From contig CAXXIN010000016.1 in NCBI GenBank assembly GCA_963665275.2, positions 32,001 to 96,000 on the forward strand: DNA of 64,000 bases, read 5' to 3'. This document shows positions 41,621-51,139 of this stretch, piece after piece. Source of the stretch: Negativicutes bacterium. Its GTDB lineage: Bacteria; Bacillota; Negativicutes; UBA1444. Numbering within the stretch: the first letter of the stretch is position 1; each line of letters opens with the position of its first letter. The notes beneath the pieces were generated by a model. That model made no database searches. It was not told where the DNA came from and saw nothing but the letters and a program-made list of their open reading frames with translations. A program made the position numbers and the translations under genes.

Positions 41621-42783
41621 GAGAATTTGTATCACACAAGGCTGCACAATTCAAAGAATCCGTAATTCGGGAGATGTCCCGGGTAGCAGCCAAACACAAA
41701 GCAGTGAATCTGGCCCAAGGATTTCCTGATTTTCCGGCGCCACCTGAAATCAAAGATGCCGCCTGCCGGGCCATAATGAACAACCATAATCAATATGCCA
41801 TTACTTGGGGTACGAAAAGCCTGCGGGACGCTATCGTTGCCAAAGTGAAGCGCGACTATGGCGTTGCCTTTGATGCGGAAACCAATCTGACGGTTTGCTG
41901 CGGGGCTACGGAGGGAATGATCGCTTCGTTGATGGCAACAGTCAACCCTGGCGAAGAAGTTGTCATTTTTGAGCCTTTTTATGAGAATTACGGCCCGGAC
42001 GCTATTCTTTGCGGCGCTACGCCGCGGTTTGTCAGCCTGCATGCGCCGGATTTCTCTTTCCGTCACGAGGAACTGGCTGCTGCTTTTAATGAAAAAACTC
42101 GCGCCATTATTATCAATTCGCCTAACAACCCGACAGGCAGGGTTTTCTCCAAAGCTGATATGGAATTCATCGCTGAATTATGCCAAAAATATGATGTGCT
42201 GGCCATTACTGACGAAATTTATGAGCACATCCTCTACGATGGTGCGGAATATATTCCGCTGTGGACGCTGCCTGGCATGGCGGAGCGTACCATCGCAGTC
42301 AACAGCGTTTCCAAAACGTACAGCGTGACGGGCTGGCGTATCGGATTCATCCTGGCCTCTGCGGAATTGACAGCCTCGATCCGCAAAGTTCATGATTTCT
42401 TGACGGTGGGGGCCGCGGCGCCTTTACAGGAAGCGTGCGCCGAAGCCTTCGCATTCCCGGAATCCTACTACCAAGAACTATCCGCGTTTTATCTGGAACG
42501 GCGGGATTATCTGCTGGGAGCGCTGGAAGAAGTGGGTTTCCGCTGCGTGCGTCCCGGGGGCGCGTACTATATTATGGCCGGAATTGAACCTTTTGGGTGG
42601 GATGATGATGTTGCTTTCGCTTTCCATCTTGCGGCGGAAATCGGTGTGGCAGTAGTTCCGGGGTCGAGTTTTTACCAACCCGGACATCCCGATGCGAAAA
42701 AATATATCCGGTTCTGCTTCTGCAAAGAATTGGCGACACTAGAAGCTGCAGTGAATAACTTGAAAAAGTTGAAACGAAAATAA
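41617..42783 (+). CDS. PLP-dependent class I/II aminotransferase (YbdL/MtnE-like)
   Basis: NLAQGFPDF, NSPNNPTG, DEIY, SKTYSVTGWRIG, IRFCFCK. Confidence 0.92.
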   Translation: MREFVSHKAAQFKESVIREMSRVAAKHKAVNLAQGFPDFPAPPEIKDAACRAIMNNHNQYAITWGTKSLRDAIVAKVKRDYGVAFDAETNLTVCCGATEGMIASLMATVNPGEEVVIFEPFYENYGPDAILCGATPRFVSLHAPDFSFRHEELAAAFNEKTRAIIINSPNNPTGRVFSKADMEFIAELCQKYDVLAITDEIYEHILYDGAEYIPLWTLPGMAERTIAVNSVSKTYSVTGWRIGFILASAELTASIRKVHDFLTVGAAAPLQEACAEAFAFPESYYQELSAFYLERRDYLLGALEEVGFRCVRPGGAYYIMAGIEPFGWDDDVAFAFHLAAEIGVAVVPGSSFYQPGHPDAKKYIRFCFCKELATLEAAVNNLKKLKRK

Positions 42784-42851
42784 GATACTACTAACGACCT
42801 CTGTTGAAAACCTTACAGTTTCACAATAAAAATGCGCAATATTTAAACTGG

Positions 42852-42880
42852 TTGACAGTAAGTTTGTTACCTGATACAAT
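42852..42880 (+). promoter_or_regulatory. SigmaA promoter of the aroF leader
   Basis: TTGACA-N17-TACAAT. Confidence 0.85.
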
Positions 42881-42922
42881 AACAACAATTATTCAAGTGA
42901 AAAATGTGAGGGTGCTCCGATT

Positions 42923-43060
42923 ATGAAGAACGATACCGTAACCGTTCTGCAAACCCAATATTTTACCTCTTTTGGCTGGCGCTACTTTTTTAGCGTTGGC
43001 TTTTTTACGTGGGGTAAAAAGAATAGCGGGTTTGCGAAGGAGTACTTGCCGATGAGTTGA
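42923..43060 (+). CDS. Aromatic amino acid leader peptide (45 aa; 7 Phe, 3 Tyr, 2 Trp)
   Basis: MKNDTVTVLQTQYFTSFGWRYFFSVGFFTWGKKNSGFAKEYLPMS; RBS gagggtg; lies between promoter and terminator upstream of DAHP synthase. Confidence 0.82.
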   Translation: MKNDTVTVLQTQYFTSFGWRYFFSVGFFTWGKKNSGFAKEYLPMS

Positions 43061-43101
43061 CCGCTCCAGGAAGTGGCGGCAACAAAAATCATAGGCTGTG
43101 T

Positions 43102-43130
43102 AAGAAGGCTCGTTCGGGGCCTTCTTTTTT
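43102..43130 (+). terminator. Attenuator terminator upstream of aroF
   Basis: aagaaggctc-gttcg-gggccttctt plus T run, 40 nt before aroF start. Confidence 0.85.
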
Positions 43131-43169
43131 GTTACCCATTCACGAATGAAAAGTAGGGAGGATGACATC

Positions 43170-44183
43170 ATGGTTATCGTATTGCATACCGCGGCGACTC
43201 CGGCACAGGAAGCTGAAATTCTGCAAGAAATCGCAAAGGGCGGTTGCAGCGCCTGCAAAACGAAGGATTGTTCCAGGGTTGTTTTCGGCGTGATTGGTGA
43301 TACGAAGCACATTGACCGCGACAAAATTCAAGCGATATCCTGTGTGGAACAGGTACATTCGGTGAAAGAGCCGTACAAACGAGCCAATCGGTTGTTTCAT
43401 CCGGAAAATACCGTAGTCCAGGTCGGGGACCAACAAATTGGTGATGGTAACGTCACGGTGATGGCCGGTCCTTGCTCGGTGGAAAGCGAAGAGCAGATTG
43501 TCAGCATCGCGCAGGCGGTCAAAAATGCCGGCGCCGGTTTCTTACGGGGCGGCGCCTTCAAACCGCGCACCTCTCCGTACAGTTTCCAAGGGTTGAAGGA
43601 AGAAGGGCTGGAGCTTTTGAAAATTGCCAGGGAGGCAACGGGGTTGCCGATTGTCAGCGAGATTATGTCCGCTGCAATGCTGGACAGATTTGTGTCGGAA
43701 GTGGACGTCATTCAAATCGGCGCCCGCAATATGCAGAACTTCGATTTGTTGAAAGAGGTGGGGCAGACGCGGAAGCCGGTTTTGTTAAAACGCGGTCAGA
43801 GTGCAACGATCGAGGAGTTTCTCATGTCGGCGGAATATATCATGGCCGGTGGAAATGAAAACGTTATTTTGTGTGAAAGAGGAATTCGAACCTTTGAAAC
43901 CTACACCCGCAATACCCTTGACTTGAGTGCAGTTTTAGCGATCAAAAGAATGAGCCATCTACCGGTATTGGTTGATCCAAGTCATGCCGCCGGCCTGTGG
44001 TGGATGGTGGAATCCCTTTCCAAAGCAGCGGTTGCAGTGGGAGCAGACGGCGTGATCATCGAAGTTCATAACGATCCTGAGAATGCCCGGTGCGACGGGC
44101 AGCAGTCAATCACTCCGGATCGATTTGCCAACTTGATGCAATCATTGCGGGCGATTGCACAATGTGAAAACAGGGTAGTCTGA
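43170..44183 (+). CDS. aroF: DAHP synthase, type I-beta with N-terminal regulatory domain
   Basis: AGPCSVES, RGGAFKPRTSPYSFQG, QIGARNMQN, LCERGIR, DPSH. Confidence 0.96.
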   Translation: MVIVLHTAATPAQEAEILQEIAKGGCSACKTKDCSRVVFGVIGDTKHIDRDKIQAISCVEQVHSVKEPYKRANRLFHPENTVVQVGDQQIGDGNVTVMAGPCSVESEEQIVSIAQAVKNAGAGFLRGGAFKPRTSPYSFQGLKEEGLELLKIAREATGLPIVSEIMSAAMLDRFVSEVDVIQIGARNMQNFDLLKEVGQTRKPVLLKRGQSATIEEFLMSAEYIMAGGNENVILCERGIRTFETYTRNTLDLSAVLAIKRMSHLPVLVDPSHAAGLWWMVESLSKAAVAVGADGVIIEVHNDPENARCDGQQSITPDRFANLMQSLRAIAQCENRVV

Positions 44184-44306
44184 GAGAAATGCTCTCCACT
44201 GACGAACAGGGGCTACTCTTGTTTAATTGTAGCGAACACACTACAATTAATAAATACAAGTTTGGGTGATGCGCATCTACCCATCTACCATATGGGGGAC
44301 TGTTGT

Positions 44307-45062
44307 TTGGAAGTTACAACGATGTTGTTCGTTTTCGGAGTTATTTTATTCGCAGGAGTAGTACAAACGGTTACCGGATTTGCGTATGCACTGATTGCAG
44401 TGCCTCTGCTGGCGATGGTGACCGGACCCCGTGACGCAATCGTTCTGGTGTTGTTTACCGGAATGATGATGAAAATCATGATGGTGTGCAAGACGTGGCA
44501 TGAAGGCGATTTCTCGCGCATCTGGCTGATTTTTGTCGCCAGCCTGTTTGGCAGTTTGCCGGGTGTTTATGTTTTGCGATGGATTGATGACGGGACACTA
44601 AAAATTTTTATCAGCATTGTGCTGCTGCTCTGTACTGCCGGCTTGTGTGCGCAGTGCAAGGTGACGATCCGGCGGCCGTGGCTGGCAAAGTCGGTGGTGG
44701 GAGTCATCAGTGGTTTTCTTGGCGCAACCACCGCCTTCAACGGTCCCCCTATTGTTCTTTATATGATGAATGAAAATGAAGATAAAGTGGTAATGCGGGC
44801 CAATCTGGTTCGTTACTTCATGCTCGGGAATATAGCGACGCTGAGCATGTCTGTGTACATGGGCAGCTTGCCTGTGGGGAGGGAGCTTTTTACTTACGCG
44901 ATGCTTTCGGTTCCGGCTATCGTACTCTCCTGGTGGTTGGGCAATAAAGTTTTTCAGGGACTGAATCCGGTTCTGTTCCGGCGGATTGCGATGGTGATTA
45001 TCGGCTGCAGCGCAGTGGTGACGCTGGGGACTGGTCTTGCTCCGTGGTTTCGGAGACTATAG
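44307..45062 (+). CDS. Sulfite exporter TauE/SafE family protein
   Basis: AGVVQTVTGFAYALI, G..SGFLG....NGPP; about eight hydrophobic segments. Confidence 0.85.
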   Translation: MEVTTMLFVFGVILFAGVVQTVTGFAYALIAVPLLAMVTGPRDAIVLVLFTGMMMKIMMVCKTWHEGDFSRIWLIFVASLFGSLPGVYVLRWIDDGTLKIFISIVLLLCTAGLCAQCKVTIRRPWLAKSVVGVISGFLGATTAFNGPPIVLYMMNENEDKVVMRANLVRYFMLGNIATLSMSVYMGSLPVGRELFTYAMLSVPAIVLSWWLGNKVFQGLNPVLFRRIAMVIIGCSAVVTLGTGLAPWFRRL

Positions 45063-45166
45063 GCGGGTTGAATTCGGGGCGGAACTTGCAGGAAAAAGTA
45101 AGGTTATGGAGAATGCCTTGTTAAAAGATTTTAAACGAAGTATATGTTGTGAAAGAGGGAGTAAGA

Positions 45167-45598
45167 ATGCGCTCATTGCTGGTGGGTCTGCTGATTGTTT
45201 TGCAAATGGTAGTATCCGGTTCACAAGTCGCACTTGCCGCGTTTTCATCGACCACCGTTAAAGTATCAGTGGATGAGGCGTTTTGGGATCAATATCACCT
45301 CGTCAATCCGAGCTCGGTCAGTGGCGATGTGGAAAAGATTTATAAGATTAAAAAGGTCGAAGTTCGTTTGATGGCTGGCGATAGGGAGTTCGGCGTACAT
45401 ACTTTTACACGTGAGGATAACAAACCCCAGAAATTCGAACTGTTGCATGGGGTTTCCGCCACGCTGATGGTTCGTATCAAGTCCTCCGCCGCCGACAATG
45501 TGATCTGGATGAGTTCTTATCCGTTCAAAGACACCGGCGATGATATTGTGATCAAAGCGATACCGGCCTCGGTAACTCTCAATTATCCCGGTCTCTAA
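45167..45598 (+). CDS. Secreted hypothetical protein
   Basis: Signal peptide ending ALA; RBS gagggag; sigmaH-type promoter at 45090-45114; downstream terminator. Confidence 0.7.
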   Translation: MRSLLVGLLIVLQMVVSGSQVALAAFSSTTVKVSVDEAFWDQYHLVNPSSVSGDVEKIYKIKKVEVRLMAGDREFGVHTFTREDNKPQKFELLHGVSATLMVRIKSSAADNVIWMSSYPFKDTGDDIVIKAIPASVTLNYPGL

Positions 45599-45606
45599 AA
45601 ACAAAG

Positions 45607-45646
45607 AAAACACCTGCGTGAGAGCGACTCATCCGCAGGTGTTTTT
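45607..45646. terminator. Bidirectional terminator
   Basis: aaaacacctgcg..cgcaggtgtttt. Confidence 0.7.
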
Positions 45647-45648
45647 GT

Positions 45649-46872
45649 TTACAGTACCTGACTGATATGCATAACTTTAAATTTGCCGCCGCTGAGTTCG
45701 GCGGCTTTGGTCATTTGAACCAGGCACGTCGGACATTCGGTTACTACGATGTCGGCTTGCGTATTTTCGATGCTGGTTCGCTTTTTTTCGAGCAGTGAGC
45801 CGGCAACCTCGGGATAATCGATGTGAAATGACCCTGCTCCGCCGCAGCACGCATCGGCGCCCTTCATTTCAATGTAGTTGCCTGCCGCCTTCAACAGTTC
45901 GCGCGGTTGCGAGCGGACTCCCTGGCCGCGACCAAGGTGACAAGGTTCGTGGAAGGTAAGTTTTGCATTGGTTTTTTGTCGCGGCTTATATCCTGCCGTG
46001 ACCAGGTATTCGGTCAAATCCATGATTTTCTTGCTGAAGGCTTCCGCGCGTTCTTTCCATTCCGCATCATCGGCAAAGTATTTGCCGAAATGTTTCAGGG
46101 TGCTGCTGCAACTGGCGCAGTCCGTAACGATGACATCCGCCGCTTCAAACAGGCGGATATTATCTTTGGCCATTTTATAAAAATCTTCTTGCATGCCGTG
46201 TGCGATGTGGAGCAGTCCGCAGCAGGTGTTGTCGACAAATTGCGGGTCTGTGATGGAGGATAGGATTTCGCGGGTTTTGTTCGCAGCATCAGGAAACATC
46301 ATTTCCATGCCGCAGCCCCGGAAATAGGCCACCTTGGTATTGGCCGAAACCGATACGGCAGGTAGGTCTGCAGGCGCTCCTAGTGCTGCGGGACCGGCAA
46401 AAGCGGCAGTATATTCATCTCGGGTGAATTCGCAGGGAACCACGCCGTGAGGAACCAATTTGTTGACGCCGATTTTTCGCATAACGCCGAGCGCACCAGC
46501 TGAAAACTTCACCATCAGCCGGTTTTTCATCAGACTACCGAGCACTTTATATTCCAGACTTACGCTGCCGCTGGTATGCGACAGATACTGCCGCAATGCC
46601 ATCATCGCTTCATCGGTCTGCACTTTGGTAGGACAGTTGTCGACGCAGGTTCGACACAACAAACAAAAATTCATGGCGTCCAGTACTGCTGGTGTCGGCT
46701 TGACCACGCCCTGCAGCAGCCCGAGCGCGAGGTTGTTCTTTCCCCGGGCGCTGGAGGACTCCACATCCTTGGCGCCATAAAGGGGACATACCGTCAGGCA
46801 GGTGCCACAGCGATCACACTGACTCACGATTTCCTGAACTGTTTGGAGTAATTCCTGTTGAGTTTTCATCAA
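45649..46872 (-). CDS. GlcF-like Fe-S/CCG subunit (second paralog)
   Basis: CDRCGTCLTVCP, CLLCRTCVDNCP, CCG, FHEPCHL, CCGGAG. Confidence 0.9.
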   Translation of the reverse strand: MMKTQQELLQTVQEIVSQCDRCGTCLTVCPLYGAKDVESSSARGKNNLALGLLQGVVKPTPAVLDAMNFCLLCRTCVDNCPTKVQTDEAMMALRQYLSHTSGSVSLEYKVLGSLMKNRLMVKFSAGALGVMRKIGVNKLVPHGVVPCEFTRDEYTAAFAGPAALGAPADLPAVSVSANTKVAYFRGCGMEMMFPDAANKTREILSSITDPQFVDNTCCGLLHIAHGMQEDFYKMAKDNIRLFEAADVIVTDCASCSSTLKHFGKYFADDAEWKERAEAFSKKIMDLTEYLVTAGYKPRQKTNAKLTFHEPCHLGRGQGVRSQPRELLKAAGNYIEMKGADACCGGAGSFHIDYPEVAGSLLEKKRTSIENTQADIVVTECPTCLVQMTKAAELSGGKFKVMHISQVL

Positions 46873-46890
46873 TTCTGCAGGCTCCTTCCC

Positions 46891-48285
46891 TTAGCTTTCC
46901 CAGATTTTGCCCGGATTGAGGATTCCCTTCGGGTCCAGCGCCTGTTTGATCGCTTTGTGGGCGTTGACGCCGGCTTCGCCCAGCGCGTTGATCAAGTAAG
47001 GCTTTTTGGTGATGCCGATGCCGTGCTCGCCGGAGAGTGTGCCGCCAACAGCCAGTGCTTCGGTGAAAATTTCGGCGATGGCATGGTGAACCTTGCCGGC
47101 ATGGTCAGGATTGGACATGTCGCATAAAACCGAAGGATGTACATTGCCGTCGCCGGCATGTCCGTAGACTGCAATTGTCAGGTCGTATTTCTCAGCGATC
47201 TTGCGGATGCGACGGATGATTTCCGGAAAAGCATCGCGGGGGACGGAGATGTCTTCGCCGAATCGGTTGGGAGCCATGGCGCCGATGGCAGAACTGAGGC
47301 CGCGGCGGATCGCCCAGATTTCTTCTGATTCTTTGAAGGATCCGGCGATGCGAACTTCTTTGACGCCGTGCTGACTGGCGATTTCTTTGATTTTTTCCGC
47401 TTGCGCGTCCAGGGTTGCACTGTCAGGTCCATCGATTTCGAGGATGATACAGGCGGCGATTGAGGGGTCGATGTCTAGCTTGCGGTGACGGGCAACGGCC
47501 TGAATACTGGTTTTGTCCATTAGCTCGGCAGCGGCGGGAATGAGTCCGGACTGCAGCATCGTATGGATGGTGCCGCAAGCTTCATCTAGGGAGGGGAACA
47601 TCAACTGCAGCGTATTTCGCGCCTTGGGCATAGGGATGAGGCGCAACAGGATTTTGGTGACAACGCCAAGAGTGCCTTCGGATCCGACCAGAAGCTGCGT
47701 CAGGTTATAACCGGTGACGTTTTTGATGGCTTTGCCGCCGGTTTGGATTACCGACCCGTCGGCCAACACGACTTCCAGGCCCATCACATAGTTGTTGGTT
47801 ACGCCATATTTGACAGCTCTCATGCCACCGGCATTCTCTGCAATGTTGCCGCCAAGGGTGGAGTATTTCCAGCTTGCAGGATCGGGTGGATAGAACAGGC
47901 CTTTTTCCGCACAATAATTATACAGGTCCATGGTACGAACACCTGCTTCAACATGGACCATCATATTCTTTTCATCCAACTCGAGTATTTTGTCCATGCG
48001 GGTCAGCGAAAGGGCTATGCCGCCTGAGAGCGGAATACTGCCGCCGGTGCGCCCGCTGGAAGTTCCGCGCGGAGTTACCGCAATCCCGTTGGTGTTGGCG
48101 AGCGCCATGACTGCCGAAACCTCTGCTGTCGTTGCAGGACGGACCACAACTTCTGGTTGGTTTTTGTCGGCTAGCGCAACAAAGGAGGAATCATACGAAT
48201 AACCGAAACGATCGATGTCCGAGTCCAGAACGTACTCCTTGCCGACAATGGAGCGTAGTTGATTCTTGAGGTCTTCATTGATCAT
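46891..48285 (-). CDS. GlcD-like FAD-linked oxidase subunit (second paralog)
   Basis: YPPDP, GSEGTLG, GHAGDGNVHP, LSGEHGIG, LNPGK. Confidence 0.91.
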   Translation of the reverse strand: MINEDLKNQLRSIVGKEYVLDSDIDRFGYSYDSSFVALADKNQPEVVVRPATTAEVSAVMALANTNGIAVTPRGTSSGRTGGSIPLSGGIALSLTRMDKILELDEKNMMVHVEAGVRTMDLYNYCAEKGLFYPPDPASWKYSTLGGNIAENAGGMRAVKYGVTNNYVMGLEVVLADGSVIQTGGKAIKNVTGYNLTQLLVGSEGTLGVVTKILLRLIPMPKARNTLQLMFPSLDEACGTIHTMLQSGLIPAAAELMDKTSIQAVARHRKLDIDPSIAACIILEIDGPDSATLDAQAEKIKEIASQHGVKEVRIAGSFKESEEIWAIRRGLSSAIGAMAPNRFGEDISVPRDAFPEIIRRIRKIAEKYDLTIAVYGHAGDGNVHPSVLCDMSNPDHAGKVHHAIAEIFTEALAVGGTLSGEHGIGITKKPYLINALGEAGVNAHKAIKQALDPKGILNPGKIWES

Positions 48286-48597
48286 CTAGACACTTCCCTC
48301 CTACGTTATGCTACAAATGTTTCGCCGGAGCAAGAACAAGTATAGTATTTGTATCTATTGATATCATAAAAGCTTGGATAAATACAATATAATGTAATAA
48401 TGTTATCATGAAATGCTTTCATGTATATGCTAATACTTCGATTTGTGTTATCGATCCAGCCGGATAGTTCGCACTATCTGGCAATAGTGCGCCAGCTTAG
48501 ACCATTGGTTGTAGTGAAAGATAAAGAGGACTTTCGGATAAATTATCGAAATATTGCGTAGACGCAGTTTTGATAAGTGTAAAATAGGGAGGGGAGC

Positions 48598-48756
48598 ATG
48601 AGGGTGACAGATGAGATTCAAAAGAAAGTAAATGAGATCATGGGTTGCGTCGAGGAAGAGACCACTGCCGTCGAAACCTTGGCTTTTGAACTGCAGCAAT
48701 TATCGGCAGTCAGCAATCAACTTTCATCCGCCATTATGGCTCAAGGCAAGATGTGA
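48598..48756 (+). CDS. 52-aa acidic coiled-coil microprotein (absent from ORF track)
   Basis: RBS agggagggg; MRVTDEIQKKVNEIMGCVEEETTAVETLAFELQQLSAVSNQLSSAIMAQGKM; hairpin immediately after the stop. Confidence 0.62.
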   Translation: MRVTDEIQKKVNEIMGCVEEETTAVETLAFELQQLSAVSNQLSSAIMAQGKM

Positions 48757-48797
48757 AATAGGCAGCTTTGCATATTTAATACGCAAAACTGCCTATT
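48757..48797. terminator. Hairpin / possible bidirectional terminator
   Basis: aataggcag(c)tttgc..gcaaaactgcctatt. Confidence 0.6.
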
Positions 48798-48847
48798 CGC
48801 TATTTCGGTTATTAATGTAAAAAGAAACGAATTTTTGAGAATTGATG

Positions 48848-48959
48848 TTCGCGGTCCGACACTACCAAGTGCCATGCTGACGAGCATTCATGCTGGTCAG
48901 GTGTTTGGCGCCATTTTGTCCTGCCGTACGCTGTCAGGAATCCCTGACAGGCCCGCGAA
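48848..48959 (-). ncRNA. Candidate structured ncRNA (multi-stem junction)
   Basis: Closing stem ttcgcgg/ccgcgaa encloses three hairpins; sigma54 promoter about 30 nt upstream on the same strand; no credible ORF. Confidence 0.45.
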
Positions 48960-48990
48960 TAGATTGCGTGAAACTGAAAAATATAAACAT

Positions 48991-49005
48991 GCAAGTATCG
49001 CGCCA
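48991..49005 (-). promoter_or_regulatory. Sigma54 promoter divergent from the activator gene
   Basis: Minus strand TGGCGCGATACTTGC, exact GG-N10-GC. Confidence 0.72.
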
Positions 49006-49107
49006 AGCTAATACTGTTTGGCGGTCAATGTTTATTTGAAGGGGAATGCAACCTGAAAAAATGGAGAGATTAGCTCACGGATAGTATGGAATGAAGGCGG
49101 ACACACT

Positions 49108-50490
49108 ATGAATGAAAAAAACACGGATATTGTTCAGGAAAATCAATTATTATGGCGATTGGTGGATTCTTCTTATGATGGAGTATTTTTGACTGATGCT
49201 GAGGGAGTTGTTGTATATTGCAACGAATCTTATCTGCAGATATCGGGATTGAAACGGGAAAAAATCATTGGACGGCAGATTGTTGAGATGGTAGAAGCTG
49301 GAGAAATCCCTGATGCATGCTCGCCGGACGTAATTGCGCAGAAAAAGCCTTTGACAAAGGTTATAAACTATTACCATGGGGTTTCGGCGCTCGTAACCAG
49401 CACGCCGATTTTCGATGAAAGTGGTCAGTTGATTCGTGTATTTTCAAATGTCAGAGATATTACCCAATTAATTCAGCTCAAGGAAAAGCTGGGTGAATAT
49501 TCGCGACGGTTGCGGCAAGCAGAACGGGCAGGCCGGGATGATACAAGAATGTTGGCTGTCAGCAAAGAAATGGAAGACATTGTAAAGACGGCGACGCGCG
49601 TGGCGAGCTTTTCCTCGCCGGTTCTGATTCAGGGCGAGTCTGGCGTGGGAAAGGATATGTTGGCGCGATATATCCATGATTGTAGTGATGTATCCGAAAA
49701 TCGGCCCTTTGTGCAGATCAATTGTAGTGCGATTCCCGAAACTCTTTTGGAATCTGAACTTTTTGGCTATGAATCCGGCGCCTTTACCGGCGCCTCGACT
49801 AAAGGGAAAATTGGGCTGCTGGAGCTGGCCAATAACGGGACCTTGTTTTTGGACGAAATTGGTGAAATGCCTATGTCATTGCAAGTTAAAATGCTGCAGG
49901 TCCTTCAGACTAGCACAATGTTTCGAGTAGGGGGAACAAAAAAAGTCGAATTGACTACGCGTATTATCGCGGCGACCAACAATGATCTAAATAAATTGAT
50001 GGCGGTTGGCCGGTTTCGGCAAGATCTGTTTTATCGCCTGAATGTTATCCCGATTTACATCCCGCCATTACGCGAGCGAAAGGCAGACCTGATTCCGCTG
50101 ATATACCACTTTCTCGAAAAGAAAAATCTTAAATTTAATCTCAACCGCAAATTATTGCCGTCGGCGATGGAAATTTTGTCAAATTACGATTGGCCCGGCA
50201 ATGTGCGTGAATTGAATAACGTGATTGAACGTATGATGATTATGACGGAAGGCAATGTAATCGATGAAAAAAGCATCCCGCAATTCATTACGCAGTCCGT
50301 TAAAAAGCCTTTATACATCGATACCCCCGATTACTTTGACTCGTTTGATTTGGGCGAAATCATCACGACAGTGGAAAAAGAAGTGATTCGCAAAGCGATA
50401 GCAGAGTTTGGGGCATTGCGCAATGTTTCTGAGCATTTAGGAATTGATCTGTCTACACTCGTTCGCAAAAAGCGAAAGTATAAACTGTAA
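49108..50490 (+). CDS. PAS-domain sigma54 enhancer-binding transcriptional activator
   Basis: PAS region, GESGVGKD, GAFTGA, LFLDEI, WPGNVREL, C-terminal HTH. Confidence 0.94.
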   Translation: MNEKNTDIVQENQLLWRLVDSSYDGVFLTDAEGVVVYCNESYLQISGLKREKIIGRQIVEMVEAGEIPDACSPDVIAQKKPLTKVINYYHGVSALVTSTPIFDESGQLIRVFSNVRDITQLIQLKEKLGEYSRRLRQAERAGRDDTRMLAVSKEMEDIVKTATRVASFSSPVLIQGESGVGKDMLARYIHDCSDVSENRPFVQINCSAIPETLLESELFGYESGAFTGASTKGKIGLLELANNGTLFLDEIGEMPMSLQVKMLQVLQTSTMFRVGGTKKVELTTRIIAATNNDLNKLMAVGRFRQDLFYRLNVIPIYIPPLRERKADLIPLIYHFLEKKNLKFNLNRKLLPSAMEILSNYDWPGNVRELNNVIERMMIMTEGNVIDEKSIPQFITQSVKKPLYIDTPDYFDSFDLGEIITTVEKEVIRKAIAEFGALRNVSEHLGIDLSTLVRKKRKYKL

Positions 50491-50723
50491 AGTCGCCTTT
50501 ACATCGAGAAAATCGGTAAATTAAGTTTGGTAAAGCTAAATTAGTAAGCTGTCAGTGACATTGCTGCGCACGTGCATATGCAATAATGCTCACGGCAGCT
50601 TTTTATATTTGCGGCGCAATCAAGTCGCTGAATTGTCTGATAAATTATTATAAGCCGCTACAGCCCCAATCGGCGCGATGGATGCCGGTTTGTGAAAGAA
50701 AAACAGGCAAAAGACGTTATTGT

Positions 50724-50738
50724 TGGCATATATAATGC
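50724..50738 (+). promoter_or_regulatory. Sigma54 promoter upstream of a small ORF
   Basis: TGGCATATATAATGC, exact spacing, downstream of the activator gene. Confidence 0.7.
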
Positions 50739-50794
50739 ATAGTTAGTGAGTCAACAGAGGACGCGCGAATAGTAAAAATGAGGAGGAGAAAAAA

Positions 50795-50980
50795 ATGAGT
50801 GTCGCGACCATTACTCGTGACGGATCGGCAAGAGTTTCTGATGAATTGATCAACGCTTTTCTCACATTGGAGTCACTGACAAATATGCTTAGAATGTCGG
50901 AAACAGTTATAAATTTCTCGACCAACGAATATGAGGTATTGATGGATAGCCTTATCGAAGAATATGGCAATAAAATTTAG
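50795..50980 (+). CDS. 61-aa acidic hypothetical microprotein
   Basis: Strong RBS gaggaggag; follows sigma54 promoter; long hairpin downstream. Confidence 0.7.
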   Translation: MSVATITRDGSARVSDELINAFLTLESLTNMLRMSETVINFSTNEYEVLMDSLIEEYGNKI

Positions 50981-51008
50981 AATGATTCAAGTAATGCAGG
51001 GCCTTGAA

Positions 51009-51065
51009 ATTACCCGCCCCCTTGTGATGGTTATATTACATGACCATTGCAAGGGGGCGGGTAAT
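51009..51065 (+). other. 26-bp RNA hairpin between two microprotein genes
   Basis: Fully paired, with three G-U wobbles on the + strand; no U tract. Confidence 0.6.
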
Positions 51066-51139
51066 AAATGAAACATTTCAGCAACTATCGACCACTACTT
51101 TAAAAGCTCGACTCATGGTGGATAGAAAGGAAGTGCAAT

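Noticed and set aside
42893-43140. T-box riboswitch upstream of aroF
   Set aside because: No GGUGGNACC antiterminator bulge or AG/GNUG boxes recognised; a leader peptide explains the region better.
48478-48495. Additional sigma54 promoter (TGGCGCACTATTGC, minus strand)
   Set aside because: GG-to-GC spacing is 9 nt rather than the required 10.
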